A stretch of DNA of 39,129 bases. It comes from Acidobacteriota bacterium (GTDB taxonomy: Bacteria; Acidobacteriota; Vicinamibacteria; Vicinamibacterales; Fen-181). Made by a program: the position numbers and the translations under genes. The stretch spans positions 2,262 to 41,390 of the forward strand of contig PMKG01000469.1 in the NCBI GenBank assembly GCA_003157675.1, in the 5' to 3' direction. Below the pieces are notes generated by a model. It worked only from the letters and a program-made list of their open reading frames with translations. It made no database searches and was not told the DNA's origin. Positions 7,963-16,368 of this stretch are shown in pieces. The number at the start of each line of letters is the position of its first letter. Positions within the stretch are counted from its first letter, which is position 1.

Positions 7963-8871
7963 TCAATGGTTCAAGAGCATCAACGCCCACAGCGCCGGCA
8001 GATACGCGATCGAGCCGAGAAAGAGCCGCCTCGCTGCGGCGTTCGTCCGCCGCCGGGCGAACTGGACGCCGAGCGCCAGGAACACGAGGCCGAGGAGCAG
8101 CACGCCGGCAAAATAGACCCGGCCCGCCAGCCCCACGAGAGTCGGCGCCAGGCTGATCGGAATCAGCACCGACCCGTACAGTACCACCAGGCGCGCCGTG
8201 CTCCGGCCGTCGGGCTCGACGACGGGCAGCAGCGGCAGGCCCGCCTTCGCGTAGTCGTCGCGGCAGAGCCACCCGATCGCCAGGAAGTGCGGCATCTGCC
8301 AGAGGAACACGATGGCGAACAGCACCCACGCGGGGAGCGAGAGCGTGCCGGTCGCAGCGGCCCAGCCGATCATCGGCGGCAGGCCGCCCGGGATGCCGCC
8401 CACGAGCGTCGCGAGCGGCGTCCGGCTCTTGAGCGGCGTGTAGACGAGGACGTACGACAGCAGCGTGACCGCCGCCACGCCGGCCGCGAGCGGTGTGGCG
8501 CCCGCGGCAAGGAGGGCCAGTCCGCCCGCCGAGAGCGCCACCGCGAACCACGTCGCCGGCGCCGCGCGCACCCGGCCCCCGGGAAGCGGGCGCGTCATCG
8601 TGCGACGCATGAGCGAGTCGGTGTTCCGCTCGAGAACCTCGTTGAACGCCGCGGCGCTCCCCGCCACGAGCGCCGTGCCGACGGCCGTGGCCAGGAGCCG
8701 CGTGAGGTCGAACCGGTCGGCACCGAGGTAATACCCGGCCAGGGTCGTGGCGACGACGAGCAGGTTGAGTCGGGGCTTGGTCAGGGCGAGGAAGTCGACG
8801 ACCCGGGCCGACGCGCTCGGCCAGGGCTGCGACAACGCGACGGTGCGGATGCTGTTCGTGGACAATTGCAC
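7963..8871 (-). CDS. ctaB: Protoheme IX farnesyltransferase (heme O synthase), UbiA family
   Basis: FLALTKPRLNLLVVATTLAGYYL...AAFNEVLERNTDSLMRRT...YTPLKSRTPLATLVGGIPGGLPPMIGW matches the CtaB/CyoE pattern. GTG start, 12 nt after the stop of the M23 gene. Confidence 0.85.
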   Translation of the reverse strand: MQLSTNSIRTVALSQPWPSASARVVDFLALTKPRLNLLVVATTLAGYYLGADRFDLTRLLATAVGTALVAGSAAAFNEVLERNTDSLMRRTMTRPLPGGRVRAAPATWFAVALSAGGLALLAAGATPLAAGVAAVTLLSYVLVYTPLKSRTPLATLVGGIPGGLPPMIGWAAATGTLSLPAWVLFAIVFLWQMPHFLAIGWLCRDDYAKAGLPLLPVVEPDGRSTARLVVLYGSVLIPISLAPTLVGLAGRVYFAGVLLLGLVFLALGVQFARRRTNAAARRLFLGSIAYLPALWALMLLNH

Positions 8872-8883
8872 AGCTGGATCCTA

Positions 8884-10248
8884 CTACTCTCGCAGCTTGC
8901 GCATCACCCGGTCTTCAATCCAGTGCGGATCCCACCACTCCACCGGGTTGACCGGGTTGCCCTGCAGCAGGATCGAGAAGTGCAAGTGGTCGCCCGCCGC
9001 AAGGCCGGTCATGCCGCTGCGACCGATCTGCTGGCCCCTGGTCACGGTGTCGCCCGGCTTCACGCCGATCGACGACAGGTGGCCGTAGAGCGACTGCACC
9101 CCCATGCCGTGGTCGATGATGACGCAATTCCCGTAGATGCCCAGGTAGTCGGCGTAGACGACCTTTCCGTCGTTGCCGGCCAGCACCGGGATCTGCTTGG
9201 TGACGGCAAGATCGAACCCGAGGTGGACCTGCTGGTCGACTTCCTTCTTCTCGTAGTAATACGTCCGGTGATCGGCGAACTTCGACTCCACCTTCGCGTT
9301 GCCGAGCGGGATGAACGGGCCCTTCCACAGCATCTCGGGCGCGGTCTGCCTGGCGAGCGCCACGATCTTCTCGGCGTCGATGCGGCGAAGGGTCCGGTTG
9401 ATCTCGAGGAAGGCCGGCAGGTAGTCCTCGTCGGTGCGGACGGCGACCTTGAGCTCGGGCGAGTGCTCCAGGATCTCGGGGACGACGCGGTGGAGGAACG
9501 CGTCGTTCAGCTCGACGCGCCCCTTGGTGAACTTCTTCGTGAACGGCTTGTAGTCGAACGACGTCTGCGTGTGGTTGCCCGCTTCGTCCTGGGCCATCAA
9601 GCGGACCGGCGTCATCAGGTCCTGATCGTAGAGCAGCGCGAAGAAGGCCACGCGCAGCCCCGGGTCGGAGGACTTCACGCCCGCGCCGGACGCGGGGAAC
9701 CCCGGGTAGAACATGTCGCCGACCAGCACGCCGGACGTGACGTCCGGCGGCGACACGGTGTAGACGACCATCTCGGACCCGCCGAGGTTCACGTAATGAT
9801 GGGTCGAGACGGCGGCAACCCGCGGCGGGTTGAAGCGGGCCGTCACCTCGCGAATCGCGCTCGCTTCCTTCGTCCTGAGGCCGAACAGCGTCGTCCGGGC
9901 GGCGGTCACGACGATCCGCGCCGCGCCCGCCTGCAAGTCGGGGAGGGCGCGCTTGCCGATGGGCCGGCTGATCCGGATCTGGTCCGGCGTCTCCTGCTTG
10001 AGCGTGGCCGAGCCGGGCGCCGCCAGCGAGAACAGCGGCGTGCTCTTGCCGTTCTGTTCGAGGGTGATGTCGAGGCGGGAGAAGCGGGCCTTTGGCGTTT
10101 CGATCGTGACGTCGAGCACGGCGTCGACGCCGATCGCCTTCGCGGGCTGAAGCACCTGTATGGACGGCGCGGCGCCGCGGCTCGCGACGACGAAGACGAT
10201 GCCGGCGGCGACGGCGAGGATCACGAGGAAGCCGAGGAAGTAGCGCAT
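8884..10248 (-). CDS. Membrane-anchored M23 (LytM-type) metallopeptidase
   Basis: N-terminal TM segment MRYFLGFLVILAVAAGIVFVV. The C-terminal LytM motifs are IDHGMGVQSLYGHLSSIGVKPGDTVTRGQQIGRSGMTGLAAGDHLHFSILLQGNPVNPVEWW. Confidence 0.85.
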   Translation of the reverse strand: MRYFLGFLVILAVAAGIVFVVASRGAAPSIQVLQPAKAIGVDAVLDVTIETPKARFSRLDITLEQNGKSTPLFSLAAPGSATLKQETPDQIRISRPIGKRALPDLQAGAARIVVTAARTTLFGLRTKEASAIREVTARFNPPRVAAVSTHHYVNLGGSEMVVYTVSPPDVTSGVLVGDMFYPGFPASGAGVKSSDPGLRVAFFALLYDQDLMTPVRLMAQDEAGNHTQTSFDYKPFTKKFTKGRVELNDAFLHRVVPEILEHSPELKVAVRTDEDYLPAFLEINRTLRRIDAEKIVALARQTAPEMLWKGPFIPLGNAKVESKFADHRTYYYEKKEVDQQVHLGFDLAVTKQIPVLAGNDGKVVYADYLGIYGNCVIIDHGMGVQSLYGHLSSIGVKPGDTVTRGQQIGRSGMTGLAAGDHLHFSILLQGNPVNPVEWWDPHWIEDRVMRKLRE

Positions 10249-10277
10249 CCCTCAATGATACCCGCGGCGCAACTGGC

Positions 10278-10318
10278 GATCGTGCGATCTTGTGATCGTG
10301 CGATCTTGTGATCGTGCC
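10278..10318. repeat. Tandem repeat of GATCGTGCGATCTTGT, 2.5 copies (equivalently about 5 copies of the octamer GATCKTGY)
   Basis: Read directly: copies at 10278-10293 and 10294-10309 are identical, and 10310-10318 is a partial copy. It is related to the GCGATC-rich palindromes at 28861-28962 and 36860-36972. Confidence 0.9.
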
Positions 10319-10392
10319 GACTCGGCTGAGGGCTGATGGCCGAGGGCCTGTTCACGCCGCCACGCGCGACAATGCCCTCAGTCGTCAGCCTT

Positions 10393-10448
10393 CAGCCCTG
10401 AAGGGCCCGCCTACAAGACCGAGTGTAGGGCGGGGCTTCAGCCCTGCC
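10393..10448. repeat. Head-to-head inverted pair of the 25-nt hairpin repeat
   Basis: CAGCCCTGAAGGGCCCGCCTACA (10393-10415, reverse orientation, one base shorter), spacer AGACCGAG, then TGTAGGGCGGGGCTTCAGCCCTGCC (10424-10448). Confidence 0.85.
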
Positions 10449-10477
10449 TTGACCGGGCCTTGATGCGTTGGTATCAT
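10449..10477 (+). promoter_or_regulatory. Candidate sigma-70 promoter for tRNA-Glu
   Basis: TTGACC (10449-10454), a 17-nt spacer, then TATCAT (10472-10477). The tRNA 5' end is 24 nt further downstream. Confidence 0.5.
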
Positions 10478-10500
10478 CAAAAGCTCGTACGACCTCGGGC

Positions 10501-10575
10501 GGCGGTATCGTCTAACGGTTAGGACGGATGGTTCTCAACCATCAAATCGGGGTTCGATTCCCCGTACCGCTACCA
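10501..10575 (+). tRNA. tRNA-Glu (anticodon CUC), CCA encoded
   Basis: Manual cloverleaf fold. The acceptor stem is GGCGGTA/TACCGCT (G1.U72) and the D arm is GTCT-AACGGTTA-GGAC. The anticodon arm is GATGG-TTCTCAA-CCATC, giving anticodon CTC. The variable loop is AAAT, the T arm is CGGGG-TTCGATT-CCCCG, and the 3' end is discriminator A plus CCA. Confidence 0.9.
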
Positions 10576-10609
10576 ACTTCCAATCCACAATCCGCCAGTC
10601 GTTTCTGGG

Positions 10610-10744
10610 CGTCTTCGCGGCGACGGTCATCGAGAGCCGCAAGGCGGGCAAGACGTCTTCACGCAGGATCTCGCCTGGATGGACGGGTGGCGACTGGACG
10701 GGCCGCCGCACCGGATACTCCCTCGCCATCTCGGATCTCCTCAC
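10610..10744 (-). pseudogene. higA: 5' fragment of a HigA-family (XRE HTH) antitoxin gene, truncated about 35 bp from the tRNA 3' end
   Basis: The minus-strand ORF begins MRRSEMAREYPVRRPVQSPPVHPGEILREDVLPALRLSMTVAAKT. This matches the HigA N-terminus (hPGEiLrEe.l.pLgLs...AAk) and then reads into tRNA antisense sequence. The rest of the HTH domain is missing. Confidence 0.55.
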
Positions 10745-10858
10745 GTGGGTGCCGGCTTATCGCTTCCATCGATGAGGACAGCCGCAGTTCCCAGACTTCC
10801 GGATCCTCGTCCTGCTTTCGGTTCGGCATTCCAGTGTCTCCCTGACGGCCGGCCGGGT

Positions 10859-12286
10859 CTACGTCTGCTGACCGACGCGGGCCAGCGTGAAGCCCTCCGA
10901 GGTCAGCTCGTACTTCCGCGCCTGGTTCGAGTGCGCGATCCCGCGGGACTTGATGATCGTGAGCACCCGCTGCCGGTCTCCCCCGACCTCCCGGTTCCGG
11001 AGCGAGATCCACGTGTCGACGAGCGAGGACATCGCGACGCTCGATCGGTCGAACGCTTCATCCTCGTGCGCCAACGTGGTGCACAAGAAGGTTGCCAGGT
11101 TGCCCTTCAGAAAATCGACCAGTCGGGACATCATGGCCCGCACGTCGTCGCCGGATCCCTGGCTGATCATCGCCGTGACCGAATCCACGATGACCGCGTG
11201 TGGTTTGAAGGAATTTGCGAGGGCCTGCATTCCCACCAGGTGCGTTTCGAGGCCGGTGAGCGTCGGCCTCACGGCGTGGATCTGGAGCAGCCCCGCGTCC
11301 ACCCACTGCTTGAGGTCGATCCCGACCGACCTCATGTTCCGCACGACCTGGGACGAGGATTCCTCGAACGCCATGTAGACGCACCGCTCCCCCCGCCGGC
11401 ACGTGGCGTCGGCGAAGTGGGCGGCGAGCGTGCTCTTGCCCGTTCCGGCCGACCCGGAGACCATGATGCTGCTGCCGCGATACCAGCCCTTCCCGTCGAA
11501 CATTGCGTCCAGCCGCGCCACCCCGGTCGAGACACGCTCGTCGCTCGTCGCGTAGTCGGCCCGGATCGACGTGATGGGCATGATCGAGATGCCGCGCTCG
11601 TCGATGACGAACGGGTACTCGTTCGTTCCGTGCGCCGACCCGCGGTACTTCGCGATCCGCAGCCGCCTCGTGGAGAGCTGCCCGGTCACCCGGTGGTCGA
11701 GGACAATCACGCAGTCCGAGATGTACTCCTCGAGGCCCTGGCGGGTGAAGTTCGGGCTCTCGCCGGCCTCGCCCGTGATGATGGCTGTCACCCCGCGGTC
11801 CTTGAGGAACTGGAACAGGCGGCGGAGTTCCGCGCGGAGGATCGCCGCGTTCGCGAGGCCCGCGAAGAGGGATTCGATCGTGTCGAGCACGACGCGCCTG
11901 GCCCCGATGGAATCGATCGCGCTGCCGAGGCGGACGAAGATCCTCTCGAGGTCGTAGTCGCCCGTCTCCTCGATCTCGCTGCGCTCGATGCGCACGTGAT
12001 CGATCACCAGGAGCTTCCGGGCGACGAGGTCCACCACGTCGAATCCGAGCGACGCGAAGTTCTTCTGCAGGTCGGCGGCGGTTTCCTCGAACGTCATGAA
12101 CACGCCGGGGTCGCCGTGATCGACCGCCCCTCGCACCAGGAACTCCATCGCCAGGACCGTCTTGCCGCACCCGGCGCGTCCCGTCACGAGGATCGGCCGG
12201 CCCTTCGGCAGTCCGCCCTCGGTGATCTGGTCCAATCCTGCGACGCCAGAGGGGAGCTTCTCCAGCCTCGACAGAATGTCCGGCAT
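10859..12286 (-). CDS. kaiC: KaiC-family double RecA-like ATPase (orphan; no kaiA or kaiB nearby)
   Basis: Two Walker A motifs are present (GRAGCGKTVLAMEF and GSAGTGKSTLAAHF). Paired catalytic Glu follow each (MTFEET, MAFEES). The C-terminal segment is AMSSLVDTWISL...IIKSRGIAHS. I prefer ATG 12286, which has GGAGG 5 nt upstream, over the track start at 12361. Confidence 0.85.
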   Translation of the reverse strand: MPDILSRLEKLPSGVAGLDQITEGGLPKGRPILVTGRAGCGKTVLAMEFLVRGAVDHGDPGVFMTFEETAADLQKNFASLGFDVVDLVARKLLVIDHVRIERSEIEETGDYDLERIFVRLGSAIDSIGARRVVLDTIESLFAGLANAAILRAELRRLFQFLKDRGVTAIITGEAGESPNFTRQGLEEYISDCVIVLDHRVTGQLSTRRLRIAKYRGSAHGTNEYPFVIDERGISIMPITSIRADYATSDERVSTGVARLDAMFDGKGWYRGSSIMVSGSAGTGKSTLAAHFADATCRRGERCVYMAFEESSSQVVRNMRSVGIDLKQWVDAGLLQIHAVRPTLTGLETHLVGMQALANSFKPHAVIVDSVTAMISQGSGDDVRAMMSRLVDFLKGNLATFLCTTLAHEDEAFDRSSVAMSSLVDTWISLRNREVGGDRQRVLTIIKSRGIAHSNQARKYELTSEGFTLARVGQQT

Positions 12287-12506
12287 GAGTGCCTCCGCGA
12301 TTTGGCTTGCTGGGGGGACGAAAGGACCTGTGTCGAGCCGATTATGGCCTGAGCCGGGCATTTGTCAACCGAGGGGCGGGGCGGGCCAGCACGCAGGGCG
12401 ACCGGGAGTTCGGCCTGCGACGGCTGCCCGCGGCGCGCCGGGCGGGGGTCCGGTCGAGGGTCTGCCGATTGCGCTATACTCCGCGTCACCTGACGAGGAG
12501 GACTCG

Positions 12507-13478
12507 ATGGACCAGTCCGTGAGCGGGGCACCCGGGGGATTCAAGGACCGGCAGCGTGCCATCGTCGTGGTTGGCGTTCTGGTGGTCGCGGTCGGCTGCG
12601 TCTGCGCCCTGTTCGCGGGCCTCGTCGGCCTGGTCGCGCTGGTGGTCCCGGCATCGGTCGCGTCGCCACGCGCCAGGGTTCTGCCGCGCGTACTGATGTA
12701 CGCCGCGCTGGCGGTGATGTTCATCTGGCTCGGGATCGGGTCCATCAGGCTGCGGCGTTGGGCACGCGCGCTGCTGCTGATCCTGTCCTGGTTCTGGTTG
12801 CTGTCGGGCGTCGTCGGCGTGGCGGCGATGGCCGTACTCATGCCGAAGGCTCTTGCCGCCCGCCCGCCAGGTGGGCAAGGGATGCCGCCGGGATTTGCGA
12901 CGGCGTTCATGGTGGGCATGCTGGTCGTGATGTCGGTGATCTTCGTCCTGCTGCCGGGCCTGCTGGTCCTGTTCTATCGGAGTCGGCACGTCAAGGCGAC
13001 GTGCGAGGCCCGCGACCCGGTCACGCGCTGGACCGATGCCTGCCCGTTGCCCGTCCTGGCCGTGAGCCTGACGCTCGCGTTCGGGGCGGTGTCGATGCTG
13101 GCCATGGTGGTGCCCTATCACGGCGTGGTGCCGCTCTTCGGCCGCCTGGTGAACGGCATTCCCGGGGGCGCGATCCTGATCGCGATGGCGGCGCTCTGGG
13201 CGTATGCCGCGCGAGCCACGTATCGTCTCGAGCCGAGGGGCTGGTGGATCGTCCTGATCGGCTTTGGGGTGTGGGCGATTTCCGCGGTCGTGACCTTCGC
13301 GCGGGTGGACCCGCTGGAGATGTACCGGATGATGGGCTACTCGGCCGAGGAGCTTGCCCAATTGGAACAGTTCGGCGGCCTGTTCGGGCACGGCATGCTC
13401 CTGCTCGTCTCGGTGGCCGCCGTGCCGTGGCTCGGGTATCTGCTTTTCGTGAAGAGATACTTCCGGCGGCCGGCGTGA
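12507..13478 (+). CDS. Polytopic membrane protein of unknown function
   Basis: ATG 12507 is preceded by GAGGAGG (12495-12501). About 8 hydrophobic helices; no motif recognised. The 115 codons upstream in the track ORF are non-coding in character. Confidence 0.6.
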   Translation: MDQSVSGAPGGFKDRQRAIVVVGVLVVAVGCVCALFAGLVGLVALVVPASVASPRARVLPRVLMYAALAVMFIWLGIGSIRLRRWARALLLILSWFWLLSGVVGVAAMAVLMPKALAARPPGGQGMPPGFATAFMVGMLVVMSVIFVLLPGLLVLFYRSRHVKATCEARDPVTRWTDACPLPVLAVSLTLAFGAVSMLAMVVPYHGVVPLFGRLVNGIPGGAILIAMAALWAYAARATYRLEPRGWWIVLIGFGVWAISAVVTFARVDPLEMYRMMGYSAEELAQLEQFGGLFGHGMLLLVSVAAVPWLGYLLFVKRYFRRPA

Positions 13479-13507
13479 TCGCCGGCCGGTGATTCACTCC
13501 GGCGCTC

Positions 13508-14005
13508 TCACTCCGTCCATACCAGCAGCCGGCTCTCGCGCGAGGTGGTCCAGAGCACGATCAGGCCGGGCCCGCGACGATCGATCTCCTCGGGCGTCAC
13601 GTGCAGCGCCACGCCGTTCATCTCTCCCGCATTGACCGTAAACGACTTGTTGCCGCCGAGCCGCATCAGCCAGAACGGCAGGTCGACCCGCGCGAGCTTC
13701 TTCTGGGCCGGGGACCACACGCGGATGTGCACGGTCGAGATCGACCCGGTGTCGTGCGTCTCGAGCTCGCGGTGCACGACCGCGAGGCCGTCCGAGTCCG
13801 GGGCGGGCAGCTCGATGAACGGCTTCTGACCGGCCATCTTCGCGACGAGCCGGTCGAACTCGGCCTGCCCCTCCTCGGTCGTCACCGTCTGCACTTTCAC
13901 CTGGCGTGACACGACGTAGGCAAGGGTGCCGACGAGGCCGACCCCGATCAGCACCACGAAGATCACGATGCCGACGACGATTGGAACCCACTTCCTGGTG
14001 GCCAT
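13508..14005 (-). CDS. Hypothetical membrane-anchored protein
   Basis: ATG 14005 is preceded by GGGAGG. It has an N-terminal TM segment (WVPIVVGIVIFVVLIGVGLVGTLAYVV) and good GC3 coding bias. It lies 15 nt downstream of the TPR gene on the same strand. Confidence 0.6.
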   Translation of the reverse strand: MATRKWVPIVVGIVIFVVLIGVGLVGTLAYVVSRQVKVQTVTTEEGQAEFDRLVAKMAGQKPFIELPAPDSDGLAVVHRELETHDTGSISTVHIRVWSPAQKKLARVDLPFWLMRLGGNKSFTVNAGEMNGVALHVTPEEIDRRGPGLIVLWTTSRESRLLVWTE

Positions 14006-14020
14006 CGCGCGACCTCCCGG

Positions 14021-15223
14021 TTACTGCTTGTACGCCTTTGCCAGGAACTGTGTCGCCTGGCTCTCCGCCTCATCGTCTTTCGCCGTCTGGCCGATCGCGA
14101 TCGCCGCCCGATACTCGCGCTGGGCCGCGGCCCGGTCGCCGCGAACGTCAGCCAGCTTGCCCAGCTCGACGTGGATCCTCGCCAGGACCCAGCCACGAAC
14201 GTCCGGCGCCGCGAGCGCCGCCTTCAGGTCCTCGTCGGCCTCGTTGAGCCTGCCGAGCAGCAGGCGCGCCGCGCCCCGCTTGAAGTGCCACCGCCCGTCC
14301 TCGCCAGGCATCCGCGGCCGCGTGTCCTGCGCGAGCCGGGCCATGCCGTCCTCGAGCACCTTGTTCGCCTCGGCCGCCTTGTTCCCGCGCAAGAGGGTGC
14401 TCCCCTCCTCCAGCAGGAAGAGCCGGTTCTGCGGATACGAGCGTTCCAGGCTGTGCAGCACGTTCACCGCGTCGTCGAACCGCCGCTCGCGGTTGTAGAT
14501 GAGCACGAGAGCGGCCTTCGCGTCGGTCTGCACCTCGCTCGGGGCGGCGGCGGCCTTCTCGATGAGCCGCAGCCCTTCCTCCTTGCCCCCGCCGAAGCCG
14601 ACGATGTAGGCCATGACGCGGACGGCCATCGGCAGCGTGGACACGAGGTACCGGTATGTCCCGGCCACCATGCCGGCCTGCGTCTCGTGCGGATCGAGCT
14701 CGAGCGCCAGCTCGCTCTCGCTGAACGCCCGCCGCGCCAGCCGCATCGCCCCGAACACCTTCCCCTCCACCGAGCCGGCGTACGACGCGTGGATGCCCAG
14801 CGCCGCGCCCAGGTCGGAGTGCGACGAGGCGTCGTTGTAGCGCTTGTCCACCGCCTTCTCGGCGAGGGCGATCGCCCGGTCGATGTTCTGGTGGAAGGCA
14901 GTGTCGAGATCGGCCGGCGGCGCGGGCATCGGCACGTCGGACGCGCTCTTGAGGTGGCCCAGGTAGTCCTCGACGAGGACCGTTCCGCGCAGGAAGAGCA
15001 CGCGCAGCCAGCAGAGGCTGGCCGCACCGCGATAGGCGCCGTCGTCGTTCGGGTCGGCGGTAATGGCCTGCGCGAACAGGTCCTTCGCGCGGTCGTAGTC
15101 CAGGCTGTAGGCGGCGTCGTACCCCTCGCGCCGGAGCGCCTCGGAGCGCGGGTTGGCGGCCGCGGAGGCGCCCGCGAGGACGGTGATCGCGAGCATGAGC
15201 GCGGCGTTTCCGGACAGGCGCAT
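14021..15223 (-). CDS. Secreted TPR-repeat protein
   Basis: The signal peptide is MRLSGNAALMLAITVLAGASAAA. Repeated A/Y/L-rich helical pairs follow, with a C-terminal LGKLADVRGDRAAAQREYRAAIAIGQ TPR-like unit. Confidence 0.65.
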   Translation of the reverse strand: MRLSGNAALMLAITVLAGASAAANPRSEALRREGYDAAYSLDYDRAKDLFAQAITADPNDDGAYRGAASLCWLRVLFLRGTVLVEDYLGHLKSASDVPMPAPPADLDTAFHQNIDRAIALAEKAVDKRYNDASSHSDLGAALGIHASYAGSVEGKVFGAMRLARRAFSESELALELDPHETQAGMVAGTYRYLVSTLPMAVRVMAYIVGFGGGKEEGLRLIEKAAAAPSEVQTDAKAALVLIYNRERRFDDAVNVLHSLERSYPQNRLFLLEEGSTLLRGNKAAEANKVLEDGMARLAQDTRPRMPGEDGRWHFKRGAARLLLGRLNEADEDLKAALAAPDVRGWVLARIHVELGKLADVRGDRAAAQREYRAAIAIGQTAKDDEAESQATQFLAKAYKQ

Positions 15224-15246
15224 GACGGTGAACTCTCTTAAGCGCT

Positions 15247-16239
15247 TTACAGCGTCAGCTCTACTCCGAGTCCTCTTGCCTCCGCGCGCCGGGCAGCCAG
15301 GGCACCGGCCGCGACGTCCTCCACCGCGAGCCCGAGCGACTTGAAGATCGTCACTTCGTCGGCCCGCGTCCGGCCGGGTACGAGGCCGGCCACCACCGAG
15401 CCGAGCTCGCCGACGAGGTGATCCCGGCCGAAGCGGCCCTCGGCCAGGCCCGAAACGATGTCGCCCGACTCCACGGACGCGGCCTCGATCGAGTCGACGA
15501 CGAGACGGCCGCGCGCGACGAGCGCCGGATCCATCTCGCGCTGGTGCGGCCGGCAGGCGCCAACGGATACGACGTGGGCGCCGTCGGCAATCCAGTCGCT
15601 CTCGACGACCGGCTGGTCGGACGAGGTGGCGAGCACCACGAGGTCGGCGTCTCGGACGGCGCTCGCGGCCGAGGCCGCGCGTCCGATGTCGAGGTCGAGC
15701 GCCCGGGACATGTCACGCACGAACGCGGCGACCTGCGGCGCGTCGGGGCTCCACACGCAGACGCGTGAGATGGGCCGCGTCGCCGCGAACACCTCGAGAT
15801 GGCTCCGGGCCTGGACGCCCGCGCCGACCAGGCCGAGACGCGAGGCGTCGGGACGCGCCATGTGTCGCACCGACACGGCCGACACCGCCGCGGTCCGGAC
15901 CTCGGTGATGTAGCGCGCGTCCATGACGGCGCGCAGCGCCCCGGTTTCGGCGTCGAACAGGGCGATGATCCCCAAGTGGCTCGATAGTCCGCGCGCGACG
16001 TTCGAGGGCACGACGCTGACCAGCTTCGCGCCGAGCGCGCCGGTCGCGGGGATGAAGCCAGGCATGACGCCGAGGTACTGTCCGGGCGGGCCGACGGGCA
16101 CGGCGGTGCGAACCGGCTGCGCCACGCGGCCCGCCGAGAAGTCGGCGAGCGTCGCGGCCATCAGGTCGACCAGCGCCGGGAATTCCGACGCGGGCAGCAG
16201 CTCACGCACCTGCGCTTCGGTCAGGAACCGAAACCCCAT
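15247..16239 (-). CDS. Ornithine cyclodeaminase / mu-crystallin family protein
   Basis: The length and pattern fit the family: LGVMPGFIPATGALGAKLVSVVPSN...ITEVRTAAVSAVSVRHMA...LGLVGAGVQARSHLE (Rossmann G-x-G-x-x-A). Confidence 0.75.
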   Translation of the reverse strand: MGFRFLTEAQVRELLPASEFPALVDLMAATLADFSAGRVAQPVRTAVPVGPPGQYLGVMPGFIPATGALGAKLVSVVPSNVARGLSSHLGIIALFDAETGALRAVMDARYITEVRTAAVSAVSVRHMARPDASRLGLVGAGVQARSHLEVFAATRPISRVCVWSPDAPQVAAFVRDMSRALDLDIGRAASAASAVRDADLVVLATSSDQPVVESDWIADGAHVVSVGACRPHQREMDPALVARGRLVVDSIEAASVESGDIVSGLAEGRFGRDHLVGELGSVVAGLVPGRTRADEVTIFKSLGLAVEDVAAGALAARRAEARGLGVELTL

Positions 16240-16368
16240 CGCACCATCCTATCTCAGCGCCGGCTCGCGGCCTGAGGCCTGCGACTCGCGGCCGCGCACG
16301 GAACGACCCGCGTGACAATGCCGCAAGTCGCGGGTCGCAAGCCGGCTGCTCGGCTCACGCCTTACGCC

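Noticed and set aside
7966-10311. A 781-aa plus-strand ORF across ctaB and the M23 peptidase, and a 446-aa minus-strand ORF at 8915..10255.
   Set aside because: They are off-frame or antisense shadows of two genes with clear family motifs, and they have no motifs of their own.
10278-10318. The possibility that the tandem repeats here, and the repeats at 28861-28962 and 36860-36972, are CRISPR arrays.
   Set aside because: The units are 8-16 bp and directly abutting or arranged as palindromes. There are no unique spacers of CRISPR size and no cas genes in the window.
10745-10858. A possible HigB/RelE toxin remnant upstream of the higA fragment (the ...DPEVWELRLSSS... frame).
   Set aside because: Only a 6-residue resemblance (WELR) exists in 114 bp, and the frame does not terminate before higA. 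This is too weak to call.
13479-13507. A bidirectional terminator between the convergent genes 12507..13478 and 13508..14005.
   Set aside because: Only a 5-bp GCCGG/CCGGC stem with a 13-nt loop can form, which is too weak to report.
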